A DNA stretch of 63,181 bases, counting the filler, from Octopus bimaculoides (lineage: Eukaryota): NCBI RefSeq assembly GCF_001194135.2. It is 4 parts of 4 records of this genome, joined end to end, with 100 filler letters (N's around TTAATTAATTAA, not from the genome) between each part and the next. Parts side by side here need not be neighbours in the genome. Positions count along the whole stretch, not along the records: positions 46,007 to 59,667 come from NC_068992.1; positions 59,768 to 63,181 come from NC_068991.1; 2 more parts are not named here. One strand, given 5' to 3'. The position numbers were made by a program, and so were the translations under genes. The notes below the pieces were generated by a model. That model ran no database searches. It was not told the DNA's origin and worked only from the letters and a program-made list of their open reading frames with translations. The stretch's first letter is position 1; each line of letters starts with the position of its first letter. Of this stretch, positions 51,271-63,181 are shown piece after piece.

Positions 51271-51845
51271 TTATTATTAATATAAACAATGTTGAATGAT
51301 TTTTCATTAACGCTTTGATAGACACACTGGTGTGAATTTCTTTGAACAAAATCGAAGAAAGAACTCTATATTGGTCACCAGAGTAGAAAAAACATTTATT
51401 CAACTTCAAGTTTCGGTTAATTGAAGATCTGGACTCAGAAACTTCAAGTAATGACTGACGCGTAGTAAACTTTGAATGATTATTGTAGCTATGTAGATAC
51501 ATGTGTAAGAGTAACTTGTTAATATAAACAAATAGTTTGAAGCGATGTGTTAATTTGTTCACGATGTTTCACAAGATCATTGACTGCTGTTAACACAAGA
51601 TGTCTTATATTTAGTTCAAACAACAAATTAATACAAGGCATTAGTANNNNNNNNNNCCGCTGAACTCTACACGTTTTTTTCATTCTCTCTCTGTTTATTT
51701 TCTCTTGTTCCGTTCTGTTGAAGAGCGTAGGTTCGAAACGTAAAAGACTTTTCCATCTTTCCCGAGCGTCAAACTAATACACTTGCTTGTTCATTTGTTC
51801 ATACACCTGTCTTCGTCTTTTGCTTTTCTATTGATTTCAACTACA

Positions 51846-51880
<35 letters not shown>

Positions 51881-52532
51881 ATATAACATAAATATAACAA
51901 TATATAAAATAAGCGTATGTATACATACATACACATATACGTATATATTCTAATTTATAATTTGATATATGAATATCATATATGTATTTTATGTATAGAC
52001 ACACGCGCACGCACGCACACACACACACACGCACACAGACACACACACACACACACACACACTGAAACACACACACACACACACACACAAGAGTGTGTGT
52101 GTATGTATATATGATTATTAACTAGAAATATAAAAATGTTATTTAAACTTATATAAATTAAATCAGAGTTTTAACGTAAGAAATGTAACTTCCAATACAG
52201 AACTGCCTCTGGAAATCAAGAGATTATGTGTTGCAACTATAACAACGTCTTAATTCTTTTATGAAAGAACGAGAGAATAAATCTTTTTATCAAGTCTTCC
52301 TTCTCAAGCAAAGCATGCTAAACAGATCGGAAAAAAAATTTCCAGTTTATTCAAAATACTACCCTCTCAGATTCAAACACTTATTGCCGCGATTTTTCTA
52401 AACCTTGTAAAAGAACTCGAAATGCTGGGCCTTCTGTGAGGCCTTTCATGATACCCTTAAAGCCAGGAACTTTTCTATACTACTTCATGTATATATCTTC
52501 ACATGTGGTGTATATATATATATATATATATA

Positions 52533-52700
52533 TGGGGAGAATTCACAAAAAAAAAAGCAAAAGACGAAGACAGGTGGTGTAGACAACAAACAGATGTATT
52601 AGTATAACGCTCGGGAAGTGCAAAAGTCTTTAACGTTTCGAGCCTACGCTCTTCCACAGAAAGGAACACAGAAAGAAACAAGGAGAGAAAATAACGAATG
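52533..52700 (+). repeat. Interspersed repeat family E (ggggagaattcacaaaa..caaaagacgaagacaggtggtgta...tttcgagcctacgctctt)
   Basis: Reverse-orientation copies at 51658-51845 and 62560-62735; a duplicated copy at 53066-53233. Confidence 0.75.
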
Positions 52701-53499
52701 TGTAANNNNNNNNNNNNNNNNNNNNNNNNNNNNNNNNNNNNNNNNNNNNNNNNNNNNNNNNNNNNNNNNNNNNNNNNNNNNNNNNNNNNNNNNNNNNNNN
52801 NNNNNNNNNNNNNNNNNNNNNNNNNNNNNNNNNNNNNNNNNNNNNNNNNNNNAAACAGATCGGAAAAAAAATTTCCAGTTTATTCAAAATACTACCCTCT
52901 CAGATTCAAACACTTATTGCCGCGATTTTTCTAAACCTTGTAAAAGAACTCGAAATGCTGGGCCTTCTGTGAGGCCTTTCATGATACCCTTAAAGCCAGG
53001 AACTTTTCTATACTACTTCATGTATATATCTTCACATGTGGTGTATATATATATATATATATATATGGGGAGAATTCACAAAAAAAAAAGCAAAAGACGA
53101 AGACAGGTGGTGTAGACAACAAACAGATGTATTAGTATAACGCTCGGGAAGTGCAAAAGTCTTTAACGTTTCGAGCCTACGCTCTTCCACAGAAAGGAAC
53201 ACAGAAAGAAACAAGGAGAGAAAATAACGAATGTGTAATGGCTAGCGATCTATATGTATGTACGTATCTATGCATGCAAGCATGTATGTATGTATGTATA
53301 TATTCCTTTACTTGTTTCAGTCATGTGACAGTGGCCATATGCTTTATGTTTCTGAGTAGGCATGTAAAAGCACCTCATTTATTATGTCGGCTACAGCCTA
53401 ATAATACCAACTTGCAATACCAGTCTTATATGGTAGTACCGAGGTGTGCAGATATAATGTAGGATAACTATAGTAACATCAACAACAACAATAATAATA

Positions 53500-53700
53500 A
53501 TCCATGGATGAAATTTATAAATATGTTAATGCATCGCTACGCTCGTATCCGCAAATCTCATGTTTCTTACGATTATAGTCCGCATTTCTGGGATGATTGC
53601 AGTACAGTCCGTGCAACCTGTGGAAGGGTATGCTTTTCAGTTGGAGGATTGAAAAAGCATGTCAAAAGAATTTATACAGTGACACCTGTTCCTTCTAGCT
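53500..53700 (+). mobile_element. Possible RTE LINE C-terminal zinc-finger remnant
   Basis: TCGRVCFSVGGLKKHVKR resembles the terminal CxxCGRxCxSxxGLxxHxR of RTE ORF2. The first Cys is not clearly present. Confidence 0.35.
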
Positions 53701-53806
53701 GTTCCTGTTAGCACACAAAAAAATATGCTTGTGTGCGTGTGTGTCATTCTACCATACTCCATATTCATGTTTACAAGTTATGTCTGTCTGTCTATCTGTC
53801 TGTCTA

Positions 53807-53841
<35 letters not shown>

Positions 53842-54411
53842 CCATATATATATTTACATATATGCGCATATGTACACACACACACACACACACACACACA
53901 AATATATATATACACACACANNNNNNNNNNTATATAACTCTAAATAGTACATGTTTGTGTACACACCCTCCCGCACACAGCAGACACGCATATATATATA
54001 TATTTATATACACACAAAAATGTCCTTGTTCCAAGTACTGTATGTATGTGTACAGGATGTTTTGAATAAATACATTCTCACATTTCTGGATATTTGCCTG
54101 TGTTTGGTGCGACGATACACACACACACATTCCGCACACATGTATATATGAATTATATATGTACACTTTTATGCTTATGCGTACAAGTATACACAACCCT
54201 TTTATTCTCTTAGTTGTCAGTTATTGGAATCATGCCATGCTGGAGCACTGCAATTCCAGAAGGTTTCAGCTGATCATATCAACTCCATTACATGTTTTGG
54301 TCTGGCGCTTATTTTATCATATCTGTGTATCAAACACCCAAGTCACTTATGTTGTAAAGAGGTGCAACTCGACACATCGGGTTCCTCCCAACCACGGAGA
54401 CACACATACCG

Positions 54412-54497
<86 letters not shown>

Positions 54498-55127
54498 AAG
54501 TTAAAAATGATATAATAAATGCACAAACGTACATAAAACATAGACAGAAGGTCGCCAAATCTTCATCAGTTATCGGCCAAAAGATCAACGCTATTTCGAG
54601 CTTTCAAACGTTAATGTAGGCGCATGACTTTGTGGTTACAATTGCAAGATCATAGTTTCGATTCCCAGACCAGGCGTTGCGTTGTGTTTTTGATCAGAAC
54701 GTTTCATTTCACGCTGCTCTGTGCTCACTTCGTCTTCTGGCATGTGGCACGTCATGCACCTGTACAGGTAATGTGAATTTGATGGAGGCAGTGGGCTTAT
54801 GTGAACACAAACATTTGAACACTATAAACAAATCATGTGTAACAAAAAGCAAAATTTGAAGGAGATATTAGCCATTTTTCATACTTACTAGGAGTAAGCA
54901 AATAGGAAAGAACAAGGACAAAAACCGTGTTACACAGTGTAATCACAGAAGGATTCAAACTGAGCAGCACTGTAAGCTGATTAAACACTCGTCAACTTTT
55001 ATAGTGCTGCCACTGATTACAGTGTAGACCTCCTCTCTGGCTTGATATTTCTATATTCATAGGTAGATTAGAATGTTAGTGTCCTGGATATTGACGCAGT
55101 ACATAGCGAGGATGAAAGTGATAATAA

Positions 55128-55158
<31 letters not shown>

Positions 55159-55239
55159 GATTTATGTGATGCTGGGTTTGATGGTCTTAGAAGCAATGAT
55201 GTTCTTGATGATGATGATGGCGGTGATTGTAGTGGTTGT

Positions 55240-55253
55240 TATTGTCCATGATT

Positions 55254-55293
<40 letters not shown>

Positions 55294-55310
55294 CGATGAT
55301 GATGACGATA

Positions 55311-55347
<37 letters not shown>

Positions 55348-55364
55348 CGATGATGATGACGATA

Positions 55365-55411
<47 letters not shown>

Positions 55412-55588
55412 AATATAGTGGTGACGATGCTGATAGTGATGATAATGAAGACTACGAGCAAAGAAATAAGAAGCAACTAGCACGTCATTCTCCTCCTCCT
55501 CCTCCTCCTCCTCCTCCACATCATCATCATCATTCTTATCATGATGGTGATCTTCATCTTTATCACCCGCCCACTACCATCATCATCG

Positions 55589-55620
<32 letters not shown>

Positions 55621-55621
55621 G

Positions 55622-55660
<39 letters not shown>

Positions 55661-55700
55661 TCATCGTCGTCATCATTATCATCATCATAATCATCAACAG
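55240..55700. repeat. (GAT/GAC)n array followed by complementary (CAT/CGT)n array
   Basis: Direct reading. Confidence 0.9.
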
Positions 55701-56707
55701 CAACAGCACTAGCTACCCCCCCCACACACACATACACACACACATATAGATAGACAGACATATTTGCATAAACGAAAGAGAGTGAAAGTGAGAGAGAGCG
55801 CGAGAGAGAAAACGAGAGAGAAAGAGAGAAGGAGAGAGAAGGAGAGTGTGTAGACAGCTAGAAGTGATAACATGTATCCGGTGTGGCTGAGTGATTTTAC
55901 AACGTTGTCATGGTTACCTGATACGGTTTAATCAGATAAAAATATGAGAGGTATTTTTTAGGAGTGGGTGGAGGTGATGATATGTGTATGTTTGTATGTG
56001 TGTGTGTGTGTGTGTACATGCGGGTGTATGCTCGCGTATGCGCATGGAATACGAAGAGCAGAGAATCGGGTGGATCTCTATGATGCAGTTTCCTTTCAAC
56101 GTTGGGCTTGTTCTTGCTTATTATTTATGTACCCGACTGAAAGCGAAGCCATAGATTTGACATCAACATTCGACATTATTATTTTGGCGTTCATTCTTAG
56201 TAAATATACTTTTTTTTGCGCTTTATCAAAAGGTGTTGTTGTTGTTGTTGTTATTATGAAATAAACCATCGTCGTCATCCTTCTCTTCCTTNNNNNNNNN
56301 NNNNNNNNNNNNNNNNNNNNNNNNNNNNNNNNNNNNNNNNNNNNNNNNNNNNNNNNNNNNNNNNNNNNNNNNNNNNNNNNNNNNNNNNNNNNNNNNNNNN
56401 NNNNNNNNNNNNNNNNNNNNNNNNNNNNNNNNNNNNNNNNNNNNNNNNNNNNNNNNNNNNNNNNNNNNNNNNNNNNNNNNNNNNNNNNNNNNNNNNNNNN
56501 NNNNNNNNNNNNNNNNNNNNNNTTAATACCACCTCTTGACCCTTGGGCAATTTCATCAGTGCTCGTTTTCTTGCAAACGTTTGAACTAGACTCCTGCTTA
56601 ACAATTAACCCATTAAATCATTAAATGCATTAAGGGACGAGGTATGGAACACCGTACGCACACAATTCTTAATTCATAGAAATTTCCATTTTAGTTAAAG
56701 ACACAGG

Positions 56708-56868
56708 TGTAGGTATGGCTATGTAGTTAAAAAGCTCGTTTATCAATCACCTGGAATCGGGTTCAATTTCACTGTGCGGCACCTTATGCGCGTGTCTTCA
56801 ACTATAGTCCCGGACCGACCAATGCCTTGTGGGTGAATTTGGTAGATGGAAACTGTGGAAGTCCGTCA

Positions 56869-56870
<2 letters not shown>
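56708..56870 (+). mobile_element. SINE family B
   Basis: gtatggctatgtagttaaaaagctcg...ggttcaatttcactgtgcggcacc...gaccaatgccttgtgggtgaatttggtagatggaaactg, then a (TCTA)n tail. Confidence 0.75.
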
Positions 56871-56920
<50 letters not shown>

Positions 56921-56989
56921 GAAAGTGATGCTTTTCCATTATCTGTCAAGACTTAATTATCATTTCAGAAAGACATGATAATTACGCCT

Positions 56990-58800
56990 TGACAGATAAT
57001 GGAGAAGTTGATTCTGTGTTGTTTTCAAGTCTCTGGTGCAAAAATTAGTGCACTTCAAGGAAAAGAACCTTATTGCCTTAAAATTCAGGGATAGTCATAT
57101 CATTCTACTTCTGTTCTATTCGTGGAAATGCCCGCCTAGCATATGACCATCATTACTACATTGATACTTTATAAAGTTTTACAACACCAGAAAGAAACTG
57201 CTCTAAATTTAGAAACAGCTAGTGAAAAGAGGTTGGATGAAATTATTTCGCATTATAATTCCATGCAACGATCAACTTAGCAGTAAAAATTTGAGGTTAG
57301 AAAAGCCCGAAAATCACAAATACTAATTTGTTTACGAAAATAAGGAGGGGATTTTATTGTTTGATGATATTTCATCTGATTTAGAAGGGAATAAGCTAAC
57401 AGTTCTTAAAATGCATGCCTCCACTTAGAAGCCCACTCTGGGATTACTATATAAATCCTAATCCTATTTCTGAGCGATTACACTCAGAAAGGAATCTATG
57501 GTAATAAATATAGCATCGCTAGTACACATTAAACTGTTTCAGAGAACGCCCTACCGATTCGAAGCTTTTAAGTTCTTGCATGAAGTTGCTTAGTCATAAA
57601 AAAAGGCAGTAACGTATTCCGTTAGCTGGAAGCTCTTTCTTAATAGCTGTATGTAGTTCAGTAAAGGAATGGGCAGCTAAATCTAGAAAAAAATTTTTTT
57701 ATTTGTTTTCAGGATGAGACAGCGTTTGGTGAATAAATAAATTTGTATGTCATTGAGTGATGAGGTAAAAATCAACACTGAATAGAAGAAATCAAAGTAT
57801 TTTATTACAGAACATCTAAAATTTTCTCTTTGGCTAACTGTTCTCGCAATTTACCTACGTTTGAAGTGGTTGAGATCGTGGGGTGGGGACACGAAGCTAA
57901 TTGAATCAGATTTGCTATGGCAGACTTCTATTCACCCAGAATTGTCTCTTCATTGGTAGAAGAGGCAGCACAAAAGAATGGACAGTGAACTGCAGCAATC
58001 ACATACAACATGTTGAATTTCGTTTGACCCATTGGACTTGGAGTAGTCAAACGACTGTGAAATTCCTTTAATATCCCGAACAGAATTTTAAAAAAACAAA
58101 GAAAAGAAAAGATTCTACAAACATTTATTCGTATGACGAGGTAGTTCAAGGAATAATACAGATCAGGTAGAACTTTTATGAAGTAAAGTAATTATGAAAT
58201 AGATTAATTAGCCCTGGTTTGTGGATCTGTGTGGGAAGGGTGATGTTATTATAAACAACGAAAAAACATGTGCAGAAACATTTCTTTTTTTTTTTATCAG
58301 GGTACAGATATTTGGCGAAGTTGGATATATTATATTTTGGCGAGCATATTCTGTTGGCGTCAAGAAATAAGCAGATTTATAAAGTTTAACAATCACGAAG
58401 TTATTTTCTGGCTGTGACAAAGGTAAAGTAGAAGCCAACCAAATTGTCAGAAACATATTGTTTCCAAACTCTCATCTTGTCAGATGTTAGCTTAGTAAAT
58501 CTAAAGCTGGTAAGTGATTGCCAAATTGCTTTCGTTTGGGCAGAAACCGGGAATGACATCTGAATACATGGAAATAAATTGTTTGAACTTATACCAATTT
58601 TCATACACATTTTGCTTAGAAAATTAAATTCCACTCGATAGAGAAGAGCAAATCATTGTGGACAATTCATTCACTGACAATTACCAATTTCTAGTCAGAG
58701 AGCAAGAAATAAGTAATCGAATTGTGCTGTAAGCTAAAAATAACTACAGTGTGATCAGAAAGTGGATCAACTGACTTCAGCTCAATACATTCAGAGCAAA
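56990..58800 (+). mobile_element. Heavily decayed, internally deleted Helitron Rep/Hel remnant
   Basis: SGAKISALQGKEPYCLKIQG*SYH (57032-57103) resembles Helitron N-terminal GAKI..GxGPYCFRIHGQxYH. NLPTFEVVEIVG and MADFYSPRI resemble YNLPTxxEVAAIIVG and MxxFYxYRI. FQTLIL..W..TGN and RIVL*AKN...IN (about 58718-58770) resemble PIF1 helicase motifs. The motifs occur in the expected order. Confidence 0.55.
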
Positions 58801-58849
58801 ATCGAGGCGAAATGTTGCCATACACTCGTGTCAATAGAGTTGTATTGTG

Positions 58850-59293
58850 TTTCAGTAAAACTCTGCACTATCACACATGGCTCTAGCAACACAGAAATGG
58901 ATGGCTGAAAATTTTCATGATCACATAAACCATAACATTTGACCTCCTAATTCCACAGATCTCAATCCATTGGACTATTACATGTGGAGCGTTGTTGAGA
59001 GAAAGGTCAATGAACACGCCCAAAACACCAAAGATTCTTTGAAAGCTGCCATCGTCAGAGAAATGTCCAAAATGAACCAAAATGAACCAGGACCACTTGG
59101 TTTGAGCATGTAGATGATTTAGATCTCATATAGAAGCAGTTGAGAAGCTGAAGGTGGCTTCATTGAATAACATTATAGAAAGGAAGGTTTATTTTTATCC
59201 TCAGCAATTTTTGATAAATAAAGTTATTATTTGTTATTATATATGGTTTTTTTTATAAACATAAATCTGTCCTCAAATATCTTACGCACCCTG
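58850..59293 (+). mobile_element. Tc1/mariner-superfamily transposon 3' half with right TIR
   Basis: TQKWMAENFHDH...*PPNSTDLNPLDYYMWSVVERKVN...IEAV..AEGGFIE* (WPPxSPDLNPxDY motif). Ends ...cttacgcaccctg followed by TA. Confidence 0.85.
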
Positions 59294-59667
59294 TATATAT
59301 ATTTATATATAGCATTGATACATATATATGTGTATGTATGTGTGAATCCACGAATGTGTATGTAAGCATGTGTGTATTTATGTGTCTGTGTACGTGCGTC
59401 TACGTGTATGCTATTGTGTATATGCATTTGTATGTACTGTGATGATATGTAAGTGCTTGTTTTTGTTGTTTTTCTTTCTTCTTTCTTTTTTCTTCCTCCT
59501 CCTCCTTCTTCTTCTTCTTCTTCTTCTTCTTCTTCTTCTTCTTCTTCTTCTTCTTCTTCTTCTTCTTCTTCTTCTTCTTCTTCCCAACTTTTGACTATTA
59601 TTTCTTTTAAATATATCATTTAATTTTCCCTTTATTTGTTTTTATTTAATTTCTTTTTTTTTTTTAC

Positions 59668-59767
59668 NNNNNNNNNNNNNNNNNNNNNNNNNNNNNNNNN
59701 NNNNNNNNNNNTTAATTAATTAANNNNNNNNNNNNNNNNNNNNNNNNNNNNNNNNNNNNNNNNNNNN
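59668..59767. other. Artificial scaffolding spacer 44N + TTAATTAATTAA + 44N
   Basis: Identical to 22513-22612. Confidence 0.95.
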
Positions 59768-59910
59768 CGGTTTGACCGTCTGTCTGTCTCACTATTAATC
59801 TGTGTATGTACTTAATTTCGTGGAAACCAAATATTTGTTATTAAAGATAACACACGTTGCATTGTTGTTATTATTATATTATTGTTTTTACTATTGTTGT
59901 TGTTGTTGTT

Positions 59911-60130
59911 AAGGCGGCGAGCTGGCAGAAGCGTTAGCACGCCGGGCAAAATGCTTAGCGGTATTTCGCCCGTCGCTACGTTCTGAGTTCAAATTCCGCC
60001 GAGATCGACTTGGCCTTTCATCCTTTCGGGATCGATAAATTGAGTACCAGTGAAACACTGGGGTCGATGCAATCGATTCATCCCCACCCCACCAAATTTC
60101 AGGCCTTGCGCTTTCAGTAGAAAGGATTAT
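59911..60130 (+). mobile_element. SINE family A, near-consensus CpG-rich copy
   Basis: aaggcggcgagctggcagaagcgttagcacgccgggcaaaatgcttagcggtatttcg...gttcaaattccgccgag...aaatttcaggccttgcg. Confidence 0.9.
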
Positions 60131-60164
60131 TACTGTTGTTGTTAAAGTTATTGTTGTTGTAACA

Positions 60165-60480
60165 AGAGCGTCGGAATCTCAATCATGAGGTAGTGAGTTC
60201 GATTCCCGAACCGAGCTGTTTGTTGTGTTCTTGAGCAAGATACGTTGCTTCGGTTCACTCAGCTGTAGAAATGAGTTACGACGTCACTGGTACCAAGCTG
60301 TATCGGCCCCTTTATCTTTCCCTTGGATAACATCAGTGGTATGGAGAGGCGAGGCTGGTATGAATGGGCAACTACTGGTCTTCCAAAAACAATCTGGCCG
60401 GACTCGTGCCTAGGAGGAAAACCTTTTAGGTGCAATCCCATGGTTATTCATGACCGAAGGGAGTTTTTACTCTTTACCCT
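60165..60480 (+). mobile_element. tRNA-derived SINE family F
   Basis: Box-B-like gagttcgattccc, followed by gtgttcttgagcaaga...cagctgtagaaatgagt. Related heads at about 54610-54830 and 17520-17700. Confidence 0.55.
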
Positions 60481-62743
60481 ATTTAGCTGCAGTCCACCCC
60501 TACACATGATGGTTCTTCATCGATTTTAGGATGATTATTCAGTTGATCAATCGAGCGCACTTTTTGCTCATGTAAAGAGCTAATCTATTGTGCAGGGGTG
60601 ACTACGTACCCTACAGGTACAGGTGCTTTTTACGTCTAACCCCTTCCCCAGGCACCATCAAAGTAATACTGCAGTTATTATCACAGAGACGTAGCTAGAG
60701 CGTGGCCGCATCCATCCTTGAGTCAGTCCCACGCCACCCCTCATGAAGATCAATACAGCTTATGTTGGGTTATACAGTAGAACCAAAAGTGCCGCCCCCA
60801 TACAAGCGTCACCCCGGGTAGACCACCCCTTTGCTACTGATCTTTCCCCTCCTGCACCCACAGCACAAACACATAGACACACACAGACATGCATAATACA
60901 TACATACGTATATATATATATATATATATNNNNNNNNNNNNNNNNNNNNNNNNNNNNNNNNNNNNNNNNNNNNNNNNNNNNNNNNNNNNNNNNNNNNNNN
61001 NNNNNNNNNNNNNNNNNNNNNNNNNNNNNNNNNNNNNNNNNNNNNNNNNNNNNNNNNNNNNNNNNNNNNNNNNNNNNNNNNNNNNNNNNNNNNNNNNNNN
61101 NNNNNNNNNNNNNNNNNNNNNNNNNNNNNNNNNNNNNNNNNNNNNNNNNNNNNNNNNNNNNNNNNNNNNNNNNNNNNNNNNNNNNNNNNNNNNNNNNNNN
61201 NNNNNNNNNNNNNNNNNNNNNNNNNNNNNNNNNNNNNNNNNNNNNNNNNNNNNNNNNNNNNNNNNNNNNNNNNNNNNNNNNNNNNNNNNNNNNNNNNNNN
61301 NNNNNNNNNNNNNNNNNNNNNNNNNNNNNNNNNNNNNNNNNNNNNNNNNNNNNNNNNNNNNNNNNNNNNNNNNNNNNNNNNNNNNNNNNNNNNNNNNNNN
61401 NNNNNNNNNNNNNNNNNNNNNNNNNNNNNNNNNNNNNNNNNNNNNNNNNNNNNNNNNNNNNNNNNNNNNNNNNNNNNNNNNNNNNNNNNNNNNNNNNNNN
61501 NNNNNNNNNNNNNNNNNNNNNNNNNNNNNNNNNNNNNNNNNNNNNNNNNNNNNNNNNNNNNNNNNNNNNNNNNNNNNNNNNNNNNNNNNNNNNNNNNNNN
61601 NNNNNNNNNNNNNNNNNNNNNNNNNNNNNNNNNNNNNNNNNNNNNNNNNNNNNNNNNNNNNNNNNNNNNNNNNNNNNNNNNNNNNNNNNNNNNNNNNNNN
61701 NNNNNNNNNNNNNNNNNNNNNNNNNNNNNNNNNNNNNNNNNNNNNNNNNNNNNNNNNNNNNNNNNNNNNNNNNNNNNNNNNNNNNNNNNNNNNNNNNNNN
61801 NNNNNNNNNNTATTTATTTATTTATCTCTGTATCTATTTTTTCTATCTTTCTATCTCGCTTTCTCTTCTCCTCTCTCCCCTTCTCTCTCCTCTCTCCTCA
61901 AACAAACAAACTCATTATGATATCCAGCGACAATTCCAAGAATCCAAGTCACAGAGTTCTTGTAAATTAGATTAATACCAGTGGTATCTGCCGCCATAGC
62001 CCACTCAAGTGACACTTGAGTGAACTATAATGAAAGATCTCACCGCTATCCAACACTCAAGTGACACTTCACATAGGTCATTGCATGAGACATTTAATCT
62101 ATACTATGTTTATATATTCGCTTATGTATATAGTGGTGATTGTTATTCATTTTTGATATATTGTTAGTGTTTTGTTTACATTTACCATTTATCCTTCTCT
62201 TATTTCAGTCATTGGACGCCGGCCATGCTGGGGCTCCACTTTGAAGGGGTCTTTTTTTTTTTCTTTTAGCTGTACATATCGACCGCAGTATTTTTATATT
62301 TTTCAAGTCTGGTATTTATTCTATCGTTCTCTTTTGCCGAACCGATAGTTTAGTGAGACGTAAACAAATCATATATATGTATGCATGTATGTATGCATGT
62401 ATGTATGTATGCATGTATGTATGTATGTATGTATGTATGCATGTATGTATGTATGTATGTATGCATGTATGTATGTATGTATGTATGTATGTATGCATGT
62501 ATGCATACATCGCCATGATTGACCGCTAAATCCACAAGATTTTTTTTATTCCCTCTTTTTATTCTCTCTCTTTTAATTCTCTCTGTGTTTATTTCCTCGT
62601 ATTCCTTCCTGTTAAAGAGCGCAGGCTCGAAACGTAAAAGACTTTCTCACCTTCCCGAGCGTCAAACTAATACACCAGCTCGTTGTTTATACACCTGTCT
62701 TCGTCTTCTGTTTCTCTGTAAATTTCAACTATATATGTATGCA

Positions 62744-62775
<32 letters not shown>

Positions 62776-63074
62776 CGCGCATGCGTGCGTGCGTGCGTGC
62801 GTGTGGGGGGAGGGTTGCTAAACAGCGTCGATTTTTACAATTCTGTAAATAATAATAATAATATTTTATAAGCCTGAAGCTTATAAGCGAACACCGTGTA
62901 ATGACTAAAGAAAATAGTTTAATATTGGGGCATATAGGCCCTCGACGGAAAAAGTAGGGTTTCTGTACGCATGGGAAGCCCTCCTTTTTTTTCATCGTGG
63001 GCTTATAAGTCACAATATCAAAACTATTTTCGTTAGTGATTACACAGTAATCGTTTATAAGCGTTAAGCTTATA

Positions 63075-63143
<69 letters not shown>

Positions 63144-63181
63144 CAGACATATACATATATACATACATACATATATATATA

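Noticed and set aside
52320-53238. Exact 386-bp direct duplication (52320-52705 and 52853-53238), giving two identical ORFs
   Set aside because: The copies are identical and flank an N-gap, which is typical of unmerged overlapping contig ends. The same pattern occurs on a smaller scale around 18576-18585.
55236-55761. Poly-Asp, poly-Met and poly-Ser ORFs as acidic biomineralisation-type proteins
   Set aside because: All frames simply translate (GAT)n or (CAT)n arrays; there is no signal peptide, splice context or unique sequence.
57060-57400. EPYCLKIQG plus ILLFDD as a picorna-like or CRESS SF3 helicase (endogenous virus)
   Set aside because: There is no Walker A (GxxxxGKS), the spacing is wrong, and the upstream GAKI..YH context matches Helitron.
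57737-58143. Frame open only if TGA = Trp, suggesting mitochondrial, mitovirus or Mycoplasma-derived DNA
   Set aside because: The surrounding motifs fit a decayed Helitron better. Neighbouring frames contain TAA and TAG stops, and CGA-to-TGA decay explains the TGA excess.

Overview
AT-rich eukaryotic genomic DNA from a gapped short-read assembly. It has about 24 N-gaps, most flanked by microsatellites. The SINE families and the extreme microsatellite load suggest an octopod cephalopod (inference, no database search). The only host gene I can support is a RERG-like Ras-family small GTPase on the + strand. Two internal coding exons are visible (23064-23120 and 36641-36720, about 13.5 kb apart). 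They read (A)LVVRFLTKRFIWEYDSSQ|[27 protein letters not shown], with a divergent switch I and Pro at the Ras-Q61 position. The P-loop exon and the G4/G5 exon(s) were not found. The rest is transposon debris: a 5'-intact, 3'-truncated L1/Tx1-like LINE; RTE, Penelope, mariner/Tc1 and Helitron fragments; many tRNA-derived SINEs; fold-back MITEs; and simple repeats. Three identical 44N-TTAATTAATTAA-44N spacers mark artificial joins. CpG decay in the repeats differs strongly between the left ~22 kb and the rest of the window. Almost all ORFs in the supplied track are microsatellite or N-gap artefacts. I found no CRISPR array, rRNA or functional tRNA gene, and no clearly novel multi-gene system.
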